From positions 362,328,001-362,392,000 of the forward strand of contig OZ024742.1 in NCBI GenBank assembly GCA_964016885.1: 64,000 bases of DNA, in the 5' to 3' direction. Below, piece by piece: positions 14,601 to 26,993 of this stretch. The DNA is from Eledone cirrhosa (Eukaryota). Made by a program: the position numbers and the translations under genes. Under the pieces are notes generated by a model. That model searched no databases. It was not told the origin of the DNA and worked only from the letters and a program-made list of their open reading frames with translations. Positions within the stretch are counted from its first letter, which is position 1. Each line of letters starts with the position of its first letter.

Positions 14601-15345
14601 AGCCCGTCAGCATTCATCTCCTCAGTGGCCGTATCTCTGTTCCAGGTATTATTTATCTCAGTATTCAGATCATTGTCTGCTTCGGGTGGTTCCTCCGTTC
14701 TCAGGACCTCCTCACCTTCATTTCCCGCCGGCTCGCTTGTCTGGCATACTACACCCGCCATCTCCAAGCCATTCTCTCTGCTCAGTTCCTCCAGTTCCAG
14801 CTCGCTTATCCACCCATTAGTTCTTATTACCCGAGCCTGCCCGGCCAATTTTTGTTCATCTAATTTAAATAAACCAATCTCGTTCCAGATGTTATGCATC
14901 CGTCTCCTGTAGCCCCTCTCCTTGGGGTTACTTTTCAGGTAGCATTGCATAACAGTTCTATTCAATTCTTTCGTCCAGTTGGTTCTGGCCCCTTTCCTTC
15001 TTCTTCTTCCTCCAACATCAGCAGTATTTGGTTGACAGTCAGGTTCCTGCTGCTGAGCCAGGGGGCACCTGTTGGGTGAGAGTCTGTCACATGACGTTCT
15101 AGTCTCCATTTCACCGTTATTCGAACTGTTTATGTTCGATATTTAAACACTCTTATCGAGGATTGGCGAACGTATGTTTACATAGCCATCTGTGGATCCG
15201 CCATCCCGCTTGGCCCTTGTGTGGCATTATCACCACGCTGTATACGGACACACATAAACAAACAAACACACGGGCAGAAAGGGCCCCAAAAATGAATAAG
15301 CATAAGTTTCATTGTAATGTAGTATTCGAATGTCTGACTTAGTTT
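11642..15345 (-). mobile_element. Full-length R4/Dong-clade non-LTR retrotransposon (family A)
   Basis: Single ORF, ~75 nt 3'UTR ending in (AAT)n, ~230 nt 5'UTR. Confidence 0.9.
11717..15109 (-). CDS. RT-RLE polyprotein, 1130 aa, uninterrupted
   Basis: N-terminal Myb-like WTKELN..W, KSPGPDG, NYRPITCL, GIFQGDSLSPLLF, HLLFMDDLKL, YKYLG, CRIC..ETVAHIVSEC, RHD, NRPDL, D.ACP.D..KE.EK. Confidence 0.95.
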   Translation of the reverse strand: METRTSCDRLSPNRCPLAQQQEPDCQPNTADVGGRRRRKGARTNWTKELNRTVMQCYLKSNPKERGYRRRMHNIWNEIGLFKLDEQKLAGQARVIRTNGWISELELEELSRENGLEMAGVVCQTSEPAGNEGEEVLRTEEPPEADNDLNTEINNTWNRDTATEEMNADGLGQDSVDILNLVVDELNNDSGRPMNLRFVDRKKLKETTAKVNKVIPYLEARSLHQCNNILKATANTVRKLLGIKARGNNRQERAEPWWKKRLSGQIGEMRNDIGKLESLLNGTLKNIGTKNRLEIKYKTRSKKLNIIIEELKQRIVAKSAKIRRYENRVSQYKQNRMFDNNQKMLFGQLEGKERGNDLIPGAEQAKTFWRGIWEQDVRHNAQAGWIETVQREIGEQAQQQTDLSITVETLKGQAKKLTNWKSPGPDGVQGYWIKHLTSLHPKLTAMFNDCLVSGEVPEWLTKGTTVLIMKDRIKGNDVTNYRPITCLPVMWKLLTSIVSEEIYHHLHTNNLLPDEQKGCRKKSRGTKDQLLIDKMVMGNCRRRHTDLAMGWIDYRKAFDMVPHSWITKSLEIFRVADNIRQLLGRSMGSWETELTSTGVSLGSVKIKRGIFQGDSLSPLLFVLALMPLTIMLRKVRAGYKLGRGELTINHLLFMDDLKLFGKSEKELDVLVDTVRIFSSDICMQFGIGKCGVIVMRRDRLSRSNGIQIPTGEMIKEIDSEEGYKYLGVLEADGIKNKKMKELLRTEYIRRVRSVLKSHLNSRNAISAVNSRAVSIIRYSAGILRWNVAEQKEMDRKTRKLLTIYNMFHKRSDVDRLYLRRSEGGRGLISIEDCVQMEKNNLYKYVTYSKEPMLRAVLKEGTVGQGISKEEITSRRKSSLKGKSLHSTFFEKTEFRDPQTWNWLRRGDLKKATEGMLMAAQEQALKTKWLKHHIYKEEASPLCRICGEREETVAHIVSECKHLAQTHYKGWRHDVMGRVIHWHLCKVNNLPHSEKWYEHRPEAVMENSQVKVLWDFRIQTDKKLEHNRPDLVVVDKEKRSCLIVDVACPFDTRVQEKEREKINRYQDLKWEVKRIWNCHEVKVIPIVIGALGTISKGFQGWLKKIGPFTLFGTLQKACLLGTARTLRYVLNI

Positions 15346-15534
15346 TTGTTTTTTAAGTTTTACTTTTTCCCCCCTCTTCTCTGTCCGTCCGCCTGCTTCT
15401 CTCTTCATTCTTATTTTCTTTACGTTTTTTGGGTTTCTTTTTTTGTTTTTGTTTTTCTCTGTTCGTTTTTCTCGTTTTTTTTTTATTTTTTTTTTTATTT
15501 TTTTATTATTTTTTATTATTATTGTTATTGTTAT

Positions 15535-15969
<435 letters not shown>

Positions 15970-18900
15970 GAATGCCATGGTGGACGGTGGCTCGGCTCTG
16001 TAAGGTATTGTAAATTTTAACCGCTATAACAATTGTAAATTGTTTAAAACTTTAACCAAATTGTATACAAAAACACCCTCCTCCTCGTGAGAGGGGTCTT
16101 TCTGCCCATTATTTGGCCCTTCGGGGTTAAATAACCGCTTATTGGTGTTTTGTGCCTAATATTTATTTTAAACCCCCCAAAAAACATGGCTACAAAAAAG
16201 AATTTTCACAAGTCACTCCCACTCATTCCGTCTTCTTCTTCCTCAATCGTCACTACACCAGAGAGAAGATTGTCTCTCTCCCTCCCTTCTCTAGATGTGT
16301 CTCTCACCCTTCCTTCTCTTTCGCAAGCGACGCCAGTAAAGAAAAATAGTTTCCAAAATCACGTGCAAAACGTGGAACATTTCTCCACGACGACGACAAC
16401 GACGAAAAAGGTGTGCGGTAAATACGAAAATTCATTTCATTCGTCTGACGCCATGAATAATAGCAGTAGCAGCCGTAATAACAACAGCAGCAGCAACAGT
16501 GACAAGGAAAACAACAGTAGCTGCCGCAACAGCATCAGCAGCAGCATAAACAACAACAGCATTAGCAGCAACAGCAACAACAACAGCAGCAACAACAACA
16601 ACAACAACCACAGCAACAGCGGCGGCGGCAGTCGTAGTACCAGCAGCAACAACAAAAGTAACAACAGCTCTGACGACGACGACAACAACAACAACAACAA
16701 AGAAAAACCAATCTCGTTTACAGGTATCGCAAAGAACCTGGAAACCATATTTATAACAAATGAGGAATTACATGAAGCAAAGAAGATGGTGACGAAAACC
16801 GGACACCGAGCGATCTGCAAGGCAGCCGAAACATTTTTCGAATCCCAACAGCACTGTACGGTCACGTACCATACAATAAGCACAAAATCCCGTAGGGTTG
16901 AAAGGGCCACAGAGGCTCAAATACAAAAAGCCTTAGGGTCTGTGTGGCAGCGGAAAACGCATATCACCCGAGGCAAGAAATATGCCACCGTGGACGTACT
17001 TTTTTCCACACCCCAGGAGGCAAAGGCTCAATCCTTAGTGACCCTAAGGAACGAGGAAATGTTGTTGGTGCCCTCCTACTGCGGATAAAAAATTGTGAGG
17101 GTCAAACTGACCCCCCCCCCTCCCCCCTCCCCCGGGTTGGCCCCTTCTTGGCTGGCCGCGTCTGTCCTCGTCGGAATCGAGGACAAAACAACTGTACTGC
17201 AAGTACAGAAAAAAGTACGAGAAGATTGGGTCGGCACCTCCATTGAGATGTTAATCCAAACCAACCAGGAGTGTACCGAAGCTATCCCTGATGGGATAGA
17301 CTTCGTTAACGGCACTCAACTGCCCATAAGTGTTGAGGGAAAACGTCCGAAATGCTTTCGCTGTGGATCGAAGACTCACCTCAGGGCCTTCTGCAATGAG
17401 AACACCCTGAGAAAGGAGAAAACCCCCCTCCTTCCGAAACCGGCTCCACTGCTACCAGCAACAGGACAGGCGGCAACCAGGAAGGATAGGTACGTGGCAC
17501 CCATACCCACGTCACGGAAATCAAGAACAGCAGCAGCAGTGGAAGTATTAACAACAACAACATAAATACCAACTGCAGCTGCAACAGAGACTCCACTGCA
17601 AACATCACCAACAACAACAAGTGAAAGAGTGGAGCTGGTACCCCTCCCCGACCTCACAGAATCGGACATGTAGTGTGAGGTGGGAGAGGGATGGCAAAAG
17701 GTCGCAAGAAGGCACAAACGCAGAAGCAGCGCATCGTCGCCTTCGAAAAGGGAGGAAATAAACGAAAATAAGGGTAAAGGCTACTGCAAAAAGATTTACA
17801 GCAGCAACACCACCAACACCATCACCACCTACACTAACACCACCATCACCACCGGCGGCAACCCCACCGCCAACAACAACAACACCTTCAACACCACCAT
17901 CACAAGCACCAGCATCGCAAACACAACAAAACACACATACCCAGCAACAACGACAAGAAAATAGCAGAACCATACCCCACCCCCAGAAAAACAAATGCAC
18001 AGCAATAAATACACACAAGAAATTAATGACTTACATAATTGAACACACAGGCATTTCACAGCACGACTACATAATACCAGCACCAATCAAAACACCAACA
18101 AACATAAGACTGGTAAAAATAGCACAGAAACAATACACAAACATTAAAACGAAATTCCCCAACGCAGTTGGTGATTTCAGAGACCTAGGAGGGACACTCA
18201 ACCGGAGGGTATATCCGGATATACTCACAGAAGAGCCGACGACCAGCCGAAGGGGCGATTCAACGGTCCCTTCACCAGACGATCAAGTGAAAAGGGATGG
18301 TGAAACCATCCTTCCTCTACGAGAAGAAGTAAGGTAAGTGGTCTTTCCCATCTTTTCCACTCCATTTCAACATGACCTCACTCAGAATAGGCAGCATAAA
18401 TACGCGTGGCTTGGGGTCGTCATGGAAGCAGGGCCACCTGCTCAACGACCTCAGGTCACTAAACATAGATCTAGTGGCCATCAGCGAGACCAGAATCTCC
18501 GAAGCACGGGCCTTCGCACCGATCTTCGGCGGCTACGATGTGTACGCATCTCCCAGCCGTCCTGGATCGGGGGTAGGAATTGCTGTGCTTTTTCGGAGAG
18601 GTTTGGATCTCGCCATACGGGCCATCTTCCTGTACACAGAAGGTAAGTTGGTGGTGCTGGACGTGACCAGCGGAGAAGGGCAAGCTTTCAGGCTAGTGGC
18701 CGTCTATGCCCCGACAGGAGCAGGGCGACCTGATTTCTTCCGGCCTCTGGAGACCTTTCTAGGAACGTCCCGCTTTTTAGTGTTAGTGGGCGACTGGAAC
18801 GGGATCTTAGATGCACGCTGGGACTGTGTGGGATTAGCGGATAGGGGAGGAGGGTGCAAGAGCCTCACCAACCTGCTCAGGCATTTTAAACTGTCTGATA

Positions 18901-21900
18901 GGTACCGATTGGATTTCCCGAATTTGCCAATGTGGACTTGGAAAAATCGCATAGGGTCATCCAGATCATATCTAGATAGAGTATTTTGTAGGGAAATAGA
19001 TAGGTCTAGCATAAGCTGTCCATAATTCAAGATAGTCAGCTACACGGACCACAAATTCGTGATCTGTGTGCTTGACTTAGATAGGCTTCATAGACGAGGA
19101 CTCGGCTACTGGAAGCTAAACGCGTCCTTACCAGCGCGCAAGGCCTACAGAGACCGGATTAGCGTACTAGTTAAGTGAGCGTTGACGGGGGCCATCGTCA
19201 ACAACAGAAGTGGTGGTTTGCTCTGAAAAGAGCGATTAGAATAGAGTCCATTAGGTTTAGTAAGGCTTTAGCTATAGAGAAAAATAGAGCAGAGGGAGGA
19301 CTAGTTAAAAAATTAGACGAGGCGCTTAGCAAAGGCATCGCGACCGACGTACTTGCGGCGAAATTGGCCCGTGACCAATTCTTCAATGCAAAGCACGAAG
19401 GCTGCGTTGTCAGAGCTAGGGTGCGTGCTCTCAGACACGAGGGGACGAAAGCCGTTCAATGGGCCCGAGTGGCGGAGGCGCGTTGTGGCAACAAAACCAC
19501 GATCCGGTCTTTGGTAGACCACGAAGGGCGCATGCTACTCGATCCCTGGAAAATGTGTGAAGCTTTTCAGCGACACTTCGCTCAACTGTTCGGGGGCAGC
19601 GGCGGGCCGGATCGAGGGATGGACTTTAGTGTCTACCTCGACGGACTGCCGCGGCATCGGCCACTGAGGCGGAGTGTTGCGAAAAGCCGATAACAGCCGA
19701 TGAAGTACGGGAAGCAATGACTGGCTGCACAAGGGGTAAATCGCCTGGTTTGGATGGTCTGTCCTATGAACTTTACGTACAAATGCCAAACTTGTTCGGA
19801 GGCCTCTTGGCGGACGTCTACTGCAACTGGCAATAGAATGGGAGAATTGCCAGCTCTATGAGTCGAAGAGCGGTGGCGCTGCTGAGAAAGGATCCGAACA
19901 AGGGGGATAACATAGATAATTTTAGGCCCATAACTCTGCTAAACACAGAGTTCAAGATTTTGGCCAAGGTGCTAGCAAAGAGGTTGGCGCATGTCGTTGG
20001 TGGTCTGGTAGGAGATGCGCAGACACGCGCCATTCCCGACAGATCAATCCACGACAACCTCCACCTCATGCGATACATCGTAGAGAGGGTAGCTAGGGAA
20101 CCTGGTACGGGTGGGTCCTTGATCTATTTAGATCAGTCGAAAGTTTTCGATAGGGTCGACCATCGTTACCTAGCAGCAGTCCTGAAGGCGGCTGGCTTTG
20201 GGCCCGTTTTCATAGGCTGGATCGCTGCCATGCACAGCGACATCTGGTCTGTGGTGAGAGCGAACGGTCACCTTTTAGAACCGTTCAACATCATGCGCTC
20301 GGTCCGCCAAGGATGTCCCCTCTCGTCCCTCTTGTACGTATTGACTCTCGAGCCATTACTGCACAAGCTGGAGTCGTTGAGGGGCGTCCCGCGCGAACTA
20401 GGATGCGGAAGATCCATGTCAGCATATGCGGACGATGTCACCGTAGTGGTGTCGAACGCCAAACACATCGAGGCGATCGGCACTACACTAAGAGAATACG
20501 AAGCGGTGACAGGAGCAATGATCAACCAGGAAAAGTCAGTGGGCCTGCAGCTCGGCACCTGGAGACGCAGGTCCATTCTGTCCAACAGTGTCGTCGGGCG
20601 CTGGACGGACGGACCGGTTAAATTGCTAGGGGTCTGGTTCGGTCCGGACCTCCAGACGGACAAAATCTGGGACGAGGTGACGAGCAGGGGGGCTTCACTC
20701 ACCCAGAAATGGGCGGAGAGGAAGCTGTGCCTGAAAGGTCGAGCGGAGGTGGCTAACGCGTACATCACGTCCGTCATCTGCTACCGCCTGACCGTCGTAC
20801 TTTGTCATAAGCCCCGCCTGACTGCGCTGGAGCGTTTGCTCTTTCGCTTTTTATGGAAGGGACGCGCTCCGATGGTCAGGCGGTCCATCTGTTGTCAACA
20901 CCCGCAACGTGGAGGGCTGGGAATGCCGTGGCTGATGATGCGCAGACACGCGCTCAGGCTACGACATCTCCACCTCTTCCTCGACGGTGATCAGGTGTGG
21001 TCGCCGTTGCTAGACGCGTCTTTCCCCAGCTCGTTTCCTTGACGGAGCTGCAGTCCTGGGTCAAGCGAAGACCGAGTGGGAGCGCTTGGAGACTGGAATG
21101 TCTTCAGGCGCTCAAAGCCCTCGACCAATCGGGCAATGTGATCGGTGGAAACTCCACCTCGGCGTTCTATAGAGGATTAGTGGAGGGGAAGAGCGACGAC
21201 GTACTTGGGGAAAATCAACTAGACAATCTCTTCTGAAGAACTTTCGGGCCGGGGGCTATGGACAACTTCCAGAAATCCCTGGCCTGGCAGTGCTACCGAG
21301 GAGCCTTGCCAGTTCGGGATAAACTCTACAGGCATGGAGGTGCCGTCAGCCGAGCATGTCCGAGATGCGCGCAGGGCGACGGAACCGTCCTGCACGCACT
21401 CGTTCAGTGTCCGAGAATTGCTGACTTGTGGGTTTATGTCTAACACCTGCTGTCGCGTGTAGGACGAATCCGGCTATCAGCAGAGTCCATCATGAGGATT
21501 GCCCCGCCCTCTTCCTTTAGCCGGGAAGGGCAGGCAGTTTTTATCTGTCTGGTGGCCATGGCGAAAGAGATAGTATGGTGGACACGTTTGAAAGGGCTGA
21601 AGACGAGCACTTACCTCTTCGGTGATGCCCTGATTAACTTTTTCAAATTTCATTTGAAAAGGAAAATCAGGGTAGAGAGGGAAGTGCTCTCTTCCCAGCA
21701 TTTTGTTGAAAGATGGGTGAGAGAAGCAAGTATGGCCCGAGTGAATGGGCCTACACTTAGTATGTGTCTGTAAATTAAAGGTGGTAAACTGGGAGAGGGC
21801 ACTTGCCCTGGTGGTCAGGGCCACTGTGGTCTTTTAATGGGCTTTCTCCACAAATGTCCCTCAGAAGTCTCCCCCCTATTGGGGAATCTTCCTTTGTTAT

Positions 21901-22020
21901 TTTATTACATCCTCTGTTTTTTTTACACGCAGAAATGCCCATTTGTACCGTGCTGTATTGTCCTGTACTGTCCTTAATGTCTACTTTATGTAAACCCTTG
22001 TGGTTAATATAAAGAAAACA
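15970..22020 (+). mobile_element. Full-length L1/Tx1-clade LINE, copy 1 (several stops and frameshifts)
   Basis: ORF1 from ATG 16186 with CFRCGSKTHLRAFC knuckle. ORF2 from 18372 with APE (SINTRG, SET, GDWN, SYLD) and RT (FRPITLLN, RQGCPLS, YADD). (ATT)n at both ends. Confidence 0.92.
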
Positions 22021-22040
22021 TTATTATTATTATTATTATT

Positions 22041-25000
22041 ACAGTTGCATTTATCTTGCTTTATGTTCATACGAGTTATCACCAAGTCACAACCAGTGAC
22101 CTCAAGAGACAACAAGGTCCGCCATGTTCAATAAAGACCATACATACTCACACATGCATCTTTAGTGTTTAGACTTGTGATGTACTTATATTGACAGAAT
22201 CTTGCTTAGTATATGGGCAGTTCCCATTATTACTATCTTTTGTATTTCTCCTATACGCGGGTATCCTGGGATTTGCGATAAGTAATCATTAGACCCCTTA
22301 GGTATCATTCCCAGAGCGCCTACAACCACTGGTATTGTTTTAGTTCTCAATTTCCACATTTTTCCAATTTCTATCTCCAGGTCCTTATACTTGCTCAATT
22401 TTTCAAATGTTTTTATAGATACATTCTTGTCTATTGGAACAGACATATCAATTAGCAGGCATACCCTCTTTTGAAAGTCCTTCAATATTATATCAGGTCT
22501 ATTTGCATCTATTTTTCGGTCTGTTTGGATGCTAAAGTTCCACAAGATTGAGATGTGATCTTTTTCAAGTATGGGAGGTGGTTGATGCTGCCACCAATTC
22601 TTTTGATGGGGCAGGTCAAAATGCTTACACATTATCCAATGTATGTATTGTGCAGCTCTGTCATGCCTGTTTAGGTATTCGGTTGGAGCTATAGGACTGC
22701 ACATTGAAATTATATGGTCAATGATCTCTGGTTGTTTTTTGCATACACGGCATAATGGGCTGCATCCATTTTTTATTATGTTGGCTTGGTAATTTTTTGT
22801 TGGCAGACACTGATCTTGTGCTGATATAATCAGTCCTTCAGTCTCCGATTTCAGTCCAGAGGATCCCAACCACTGATGGGTTAAAGTTTTGTCAACATCA
22901 GGATTGTTAGCTCGCTCTGGGTATTTTCCATACAGAGGCTTTTCTTGCCATTTCTTAGCCAGTTTCTGTAGCAGTTCTTTCTTTGCAGTTACTTTTACCT
23001 GCTCTGCTTTTTCTGTGTTTTCCATTTCAGCAGTAAATGGGACTTCTGAAATTTGTAGTCCATGACTGTATATTTGTGCATCTTTTGTAATGGAATATGA
23101 TCTTTTGATGCTTTCGTGTTTCAAAACGAGTTTGATCATCCAATCATGTGATTCCCTTAGATATGTAGATAATCCAATTGTTGCAGTTTTCAACGCAATG
23201 TCTAACTGGATTAACCCACGTCCTCCTTCTTTCCGAGGGAGATATATTCTATCTATATCTGCCTTAGGGTGATGCATTCTGTGCATGGTTAAGAATTTTC
23301 GAATTTTTGTATCGAGCCTACGGATCTCTGTGCTTGACCAGTTGATGACATTGTAACTGTAGGTTACTACTGGTATGGCAAGCGTGTTTATGGCATCGAT
23401 CCTATTCCTTGCATTCAATTCCGTTCTTAAGATTGCTCTTACTCTGCGGTAACATTCATTCCTTATCCTTTCCCTCATTGTCGAGTGCTTGATTCCGTCT
23501 CCTTCAAAAACACCTAGATATTTGTAAGTTTTTTCTTGATCAAGTTCTCTTATCACGTTCTCCCGATCAAGATTAATGTCTGAACTCTACAACAGCTTTC
23601 CTCTGACGAACGTTGCTTTGGCGCATTTATCTTGACCAAACTCCATTTTAATGTCATTACTGAACTGCTCCACAGTGGATAATAGCCCTTGCAATTGTTC
23701 ATCATTTTTTGCAAATAGTTTAAGGTCATCCATGTAGAACAGGTGATTAACGGTTTTGTCATAGACTCTATATCCATGTTTTGTTTCATTGAGCATTTTA
23801 CTTAATGGTATAAGTGCGATGCAGAATAAAAGCGGTGATAAAGAGTCACCCTGAAAAATTCCACAATTAATATTAACTTCTCCAGCTTCCAGTGATTTTG
23901 TTTCACTATTCAAAAGGAGTGTCGTTTTCCATGTCTTCTTACTGAATGACAAAACCTCCTGACAACGGCAGATATTTTGAAAATTTCTAAACATTTTTCA
24001 ATCCAACTGTGTGGCAAACTATCGAATGCTTTTTTATAATCTATCCAAGCAATCGATAGATTTTTGTGTCTATTATGACAATCTTCCAGTATCATTTTGT
24101 TAACCAGAAGCTGATCCTTACAGCCATATGAGCCTCGTTTACACCCTTTCTGCTCAATGGGAAATAGGTCATTTGTTATCAGGTGGTCATATGTGTATTC
24201 AGTTAGGACTGATGTTAAAATCTTATACATTGTGGTCAAGCAAGTTATCGGTCTGTAATTTTTGGGATTGTTTGTCTCATCATTCTTCGGAAGCAGGAAT
24301 GTAATGCCGTTAACTAGCCATGATGGTATCTTTTCTGGCTCCTTAACTATTTCATTGTAAAGTTGGGCTAACAGATCATGAGACCCTGTGAAGGCATTTA
24401 TCCAAAAGTTTTGTATTTTGTCTTATCCTGGGGATTTCCATTTGCTGGTTTTTCTTAGAGCCAAGCGCAACTGTTCAACTGTTATATTTTCCCATATTTG
24501 TTCCTCAGGGTGAGCTGTATCTTTCATTTGTCTGTCTATCCATGGGGCATGTATGTTATGAACTTTTTCTTCGGCCCAGATCTTTTCCCAGAATTCTTGC
24601 ACTTCCTCCTTGGGTGGTATTGATTTAGCAGTTATTGTTGACTTACCAATTTTTCTGTAGAAGTTTCTTTGGTTGTTTTTGAACATATTATTGTCCTTAT
24701 AGAATCTAGATCGTTTTTCAAAGCGCCTTATACGAGCAGCTTTGGCCGACACTTTTTGCTTGATTATTTCTATCAGCATGTCTATGTCACATGTTGATTT
24801 TATACTGTATTTTTTTTTCAATTTTCTAAGTTTAGTTTGTTTAACATGTTCACCTACTTTATAGTTTGTTAAAATTTCTAGGTCAGATCGGAGAAGGTTT
24901 ATTTGGCGATTGATGTTCTCTTGCCAAGTAGATTTCTTGTGGGAATTCCTTTGTTTTTTCATCTTCACTCCACATAAGTGAGTGGTGACTTTAGCCGATG

Positions 25001-25985
25001 CATAATAGAGATGATTTAAATCAGTAATGTTTAGTTTGTTTGTGATGATAATGTTTTTGAGAATTATGTTAGTCTTGTGTATTATCTTTTGGTTCTGTTT
25101 GGAGTTCTGGATCTTAGGGAGGGTGTCTCGTTGCCCCATGTCAGATTCTTTCATTTTCATCCATTCGATCATAATTTCATCCTTCAAGTTGGTAAGTTCA
25201 TTCTCATTCATTTCTTTATCACTTACGATCTCATAATTTTCATTTGGAGCATGCACTCCCTCCACTTTTTCGATCCTTTCTTTAATTTGTTCTGTTGCCA
25301 GTGATTCCGCCCCAACCCTGGGATTCGAAGTGTTACAATTTACCTCGTTTTCACTGACACATGTTTCATTTTCCCTTCGCTGACTTTGTGCTAATAGTTT
25401 GATCTGATCAATTTCTATATCAGTCAGTAACTTTTTTCGTACAATATTTCTTCGTATATTGGCTAGTTTGTTACTGTCAATATAGCCTCTGTTTTCGGGA
25501 TGTTTCTTTTTCCAGTTGATATATGTCTGTTCTGTTTTCGATGTATTTGATGGGTAGTACATGGCAGTGTAGAAAGCCTCAAGGACTTCTTTATTATCTT
25601 CCCTTGACCAATTTTCTCTCTTTTTCTTTGGATTTCTTGGTGGTGAGCATGGAGGGCCAACAGTAGGAGTATTCCGGTTATGGGAGGTCTCCAGCTCCGA
25701 AGTGATGGGAAGGTTTGAACCATTAGCTGATTTTTCGACCCCAGTCTGGTTCCTCTCTGAGGGACGCGGCCCTTTTTTACCCGGGTGACGGCCGATCCGG
25801 TATGAGATTTTATCATTAGACATTTACTTCATTTTGTCGCGTTTTATCCTTATCCGCCAGGTGGTAATCATTTCGTGTTACCACTTCTAGAACGAGTGTC
25901 AACCAAGACTAGAGGTGTCGTTCTCCCCTAGAGACACAGCTATTCCCCGCCGGCCGCCATCCCAGTATTTCTTGGTCACGGGGTT
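22041..25985 (-). mobile_element. Full-length R4/Dong-clade element, family B (one nonsense codon, ~2 frameshifts)
   Basis: ORF pieces 24423-25823, 23910-24239, 23587-23994 and 22186-23556 with WKSPG, GIFQGDSLSP, FYMDDLKL, CRVC..HIISMC, RHD, NRPDI. 3' end in (AAT)n. Confidence 0.92.
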
Positions 25986-26993
25986 TTATTTTTGTTGTTT
26001 TTTTAAATTGTTATTATCATGAGTGGTTCCTTAATGTGAGCATTGCGTGGCTTAAGAATGAAATTATTAATAATTGTCTCCACTCCAGGCACAAGGCCAG
26101 CAATCACCCAGTGAATTACAATAATATAATATACTTTTTGCTGAAGTTGGCTGTTATTGTTGTTGGCTATGTCGGTGGTGGTGCCGGGGCTTTTTATATT
26201 GTTGGTTAGGAAGGGGTCTGCCAGCAGTCCCATACTTGTTGATGTTGACGTTTGGCCGGTGGCCAGGTCACTAAGTCAATCTATTTATATCTTTTGCTAG
26301 CCTCTCCCTTGTTTAGTGATACCGCCACCTTCCCCTTTCTCTCTCAAGTTAACAGGGGAATAGTGGTGGTAGCAATGAAGGAGTGGTGGTGGCGGTGATG
26401 GGATAGTGGTAGCAATGATGGATGGAGTGGTGGCGGCGGTGGCATTGTCGTTACTGAGTTTTGTGATATGTAGTATCTATGAGTTTGTGTTCGTATGTTT
26501 AATATATATTGTGTTGACATATTCCCGTAAAATTGGAATTGAACATTTTGTTAAAACTTGAGACAATAATAAGTGTAATTTTTATTATGATGCTGGGATT
26601 GGTGGTGGTGGTGGTGAAATTGCCGTTATCTGGCTGTTATATTTATTGTGATGGGGTAGGTGGTGTATCAAGTTTCTGGTGTTGGTGAAATTGCTGTTAT
26701 TTGGCTGTTCTATATAGTGTAGACAGGAGGTGTTTTCTTCCATTTATAACCATTTTCTTTTTGAATACAAAATATATAATACAAAATTGAATATTTGAGC
26801 GATATAACAATATAATATGGATCCGAAATTTTATGGGACTTGATTCGGTGGTTTATGCAACATTTGTACTAAGAATTGTTATTTCACAATTGATTTAAAT
26901 ATGTTAACAATCAAAAACTTACGGGAGCGATATCATGACCTTCTACCACCTCGTGCGTCTTCTTCCCTATTATCTTATTATTATTATTATTAT

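Noticed and set aside
11790-15079. Antisense ORFs over the LINEs
   Set aside because: Shadow frames of the RT ORFs with no recognisable motifs.
15346-15530. Lys/Arg-rich ORF and unusual T-rich tract
   Set aside because: Looks like a degraded or poorly called (CTT)n(ATT)n microsatellite; possible assembly noise.
16070-16152. HDV-like ribozyme in the Tx1 5'UTR (ctcctcgtgag resembles L3; aaaacacc/ggtgtttt resembles P2)
   Set aside because: No convincing P1 or P1.1; copy 2 supports a simple hairpin instead.
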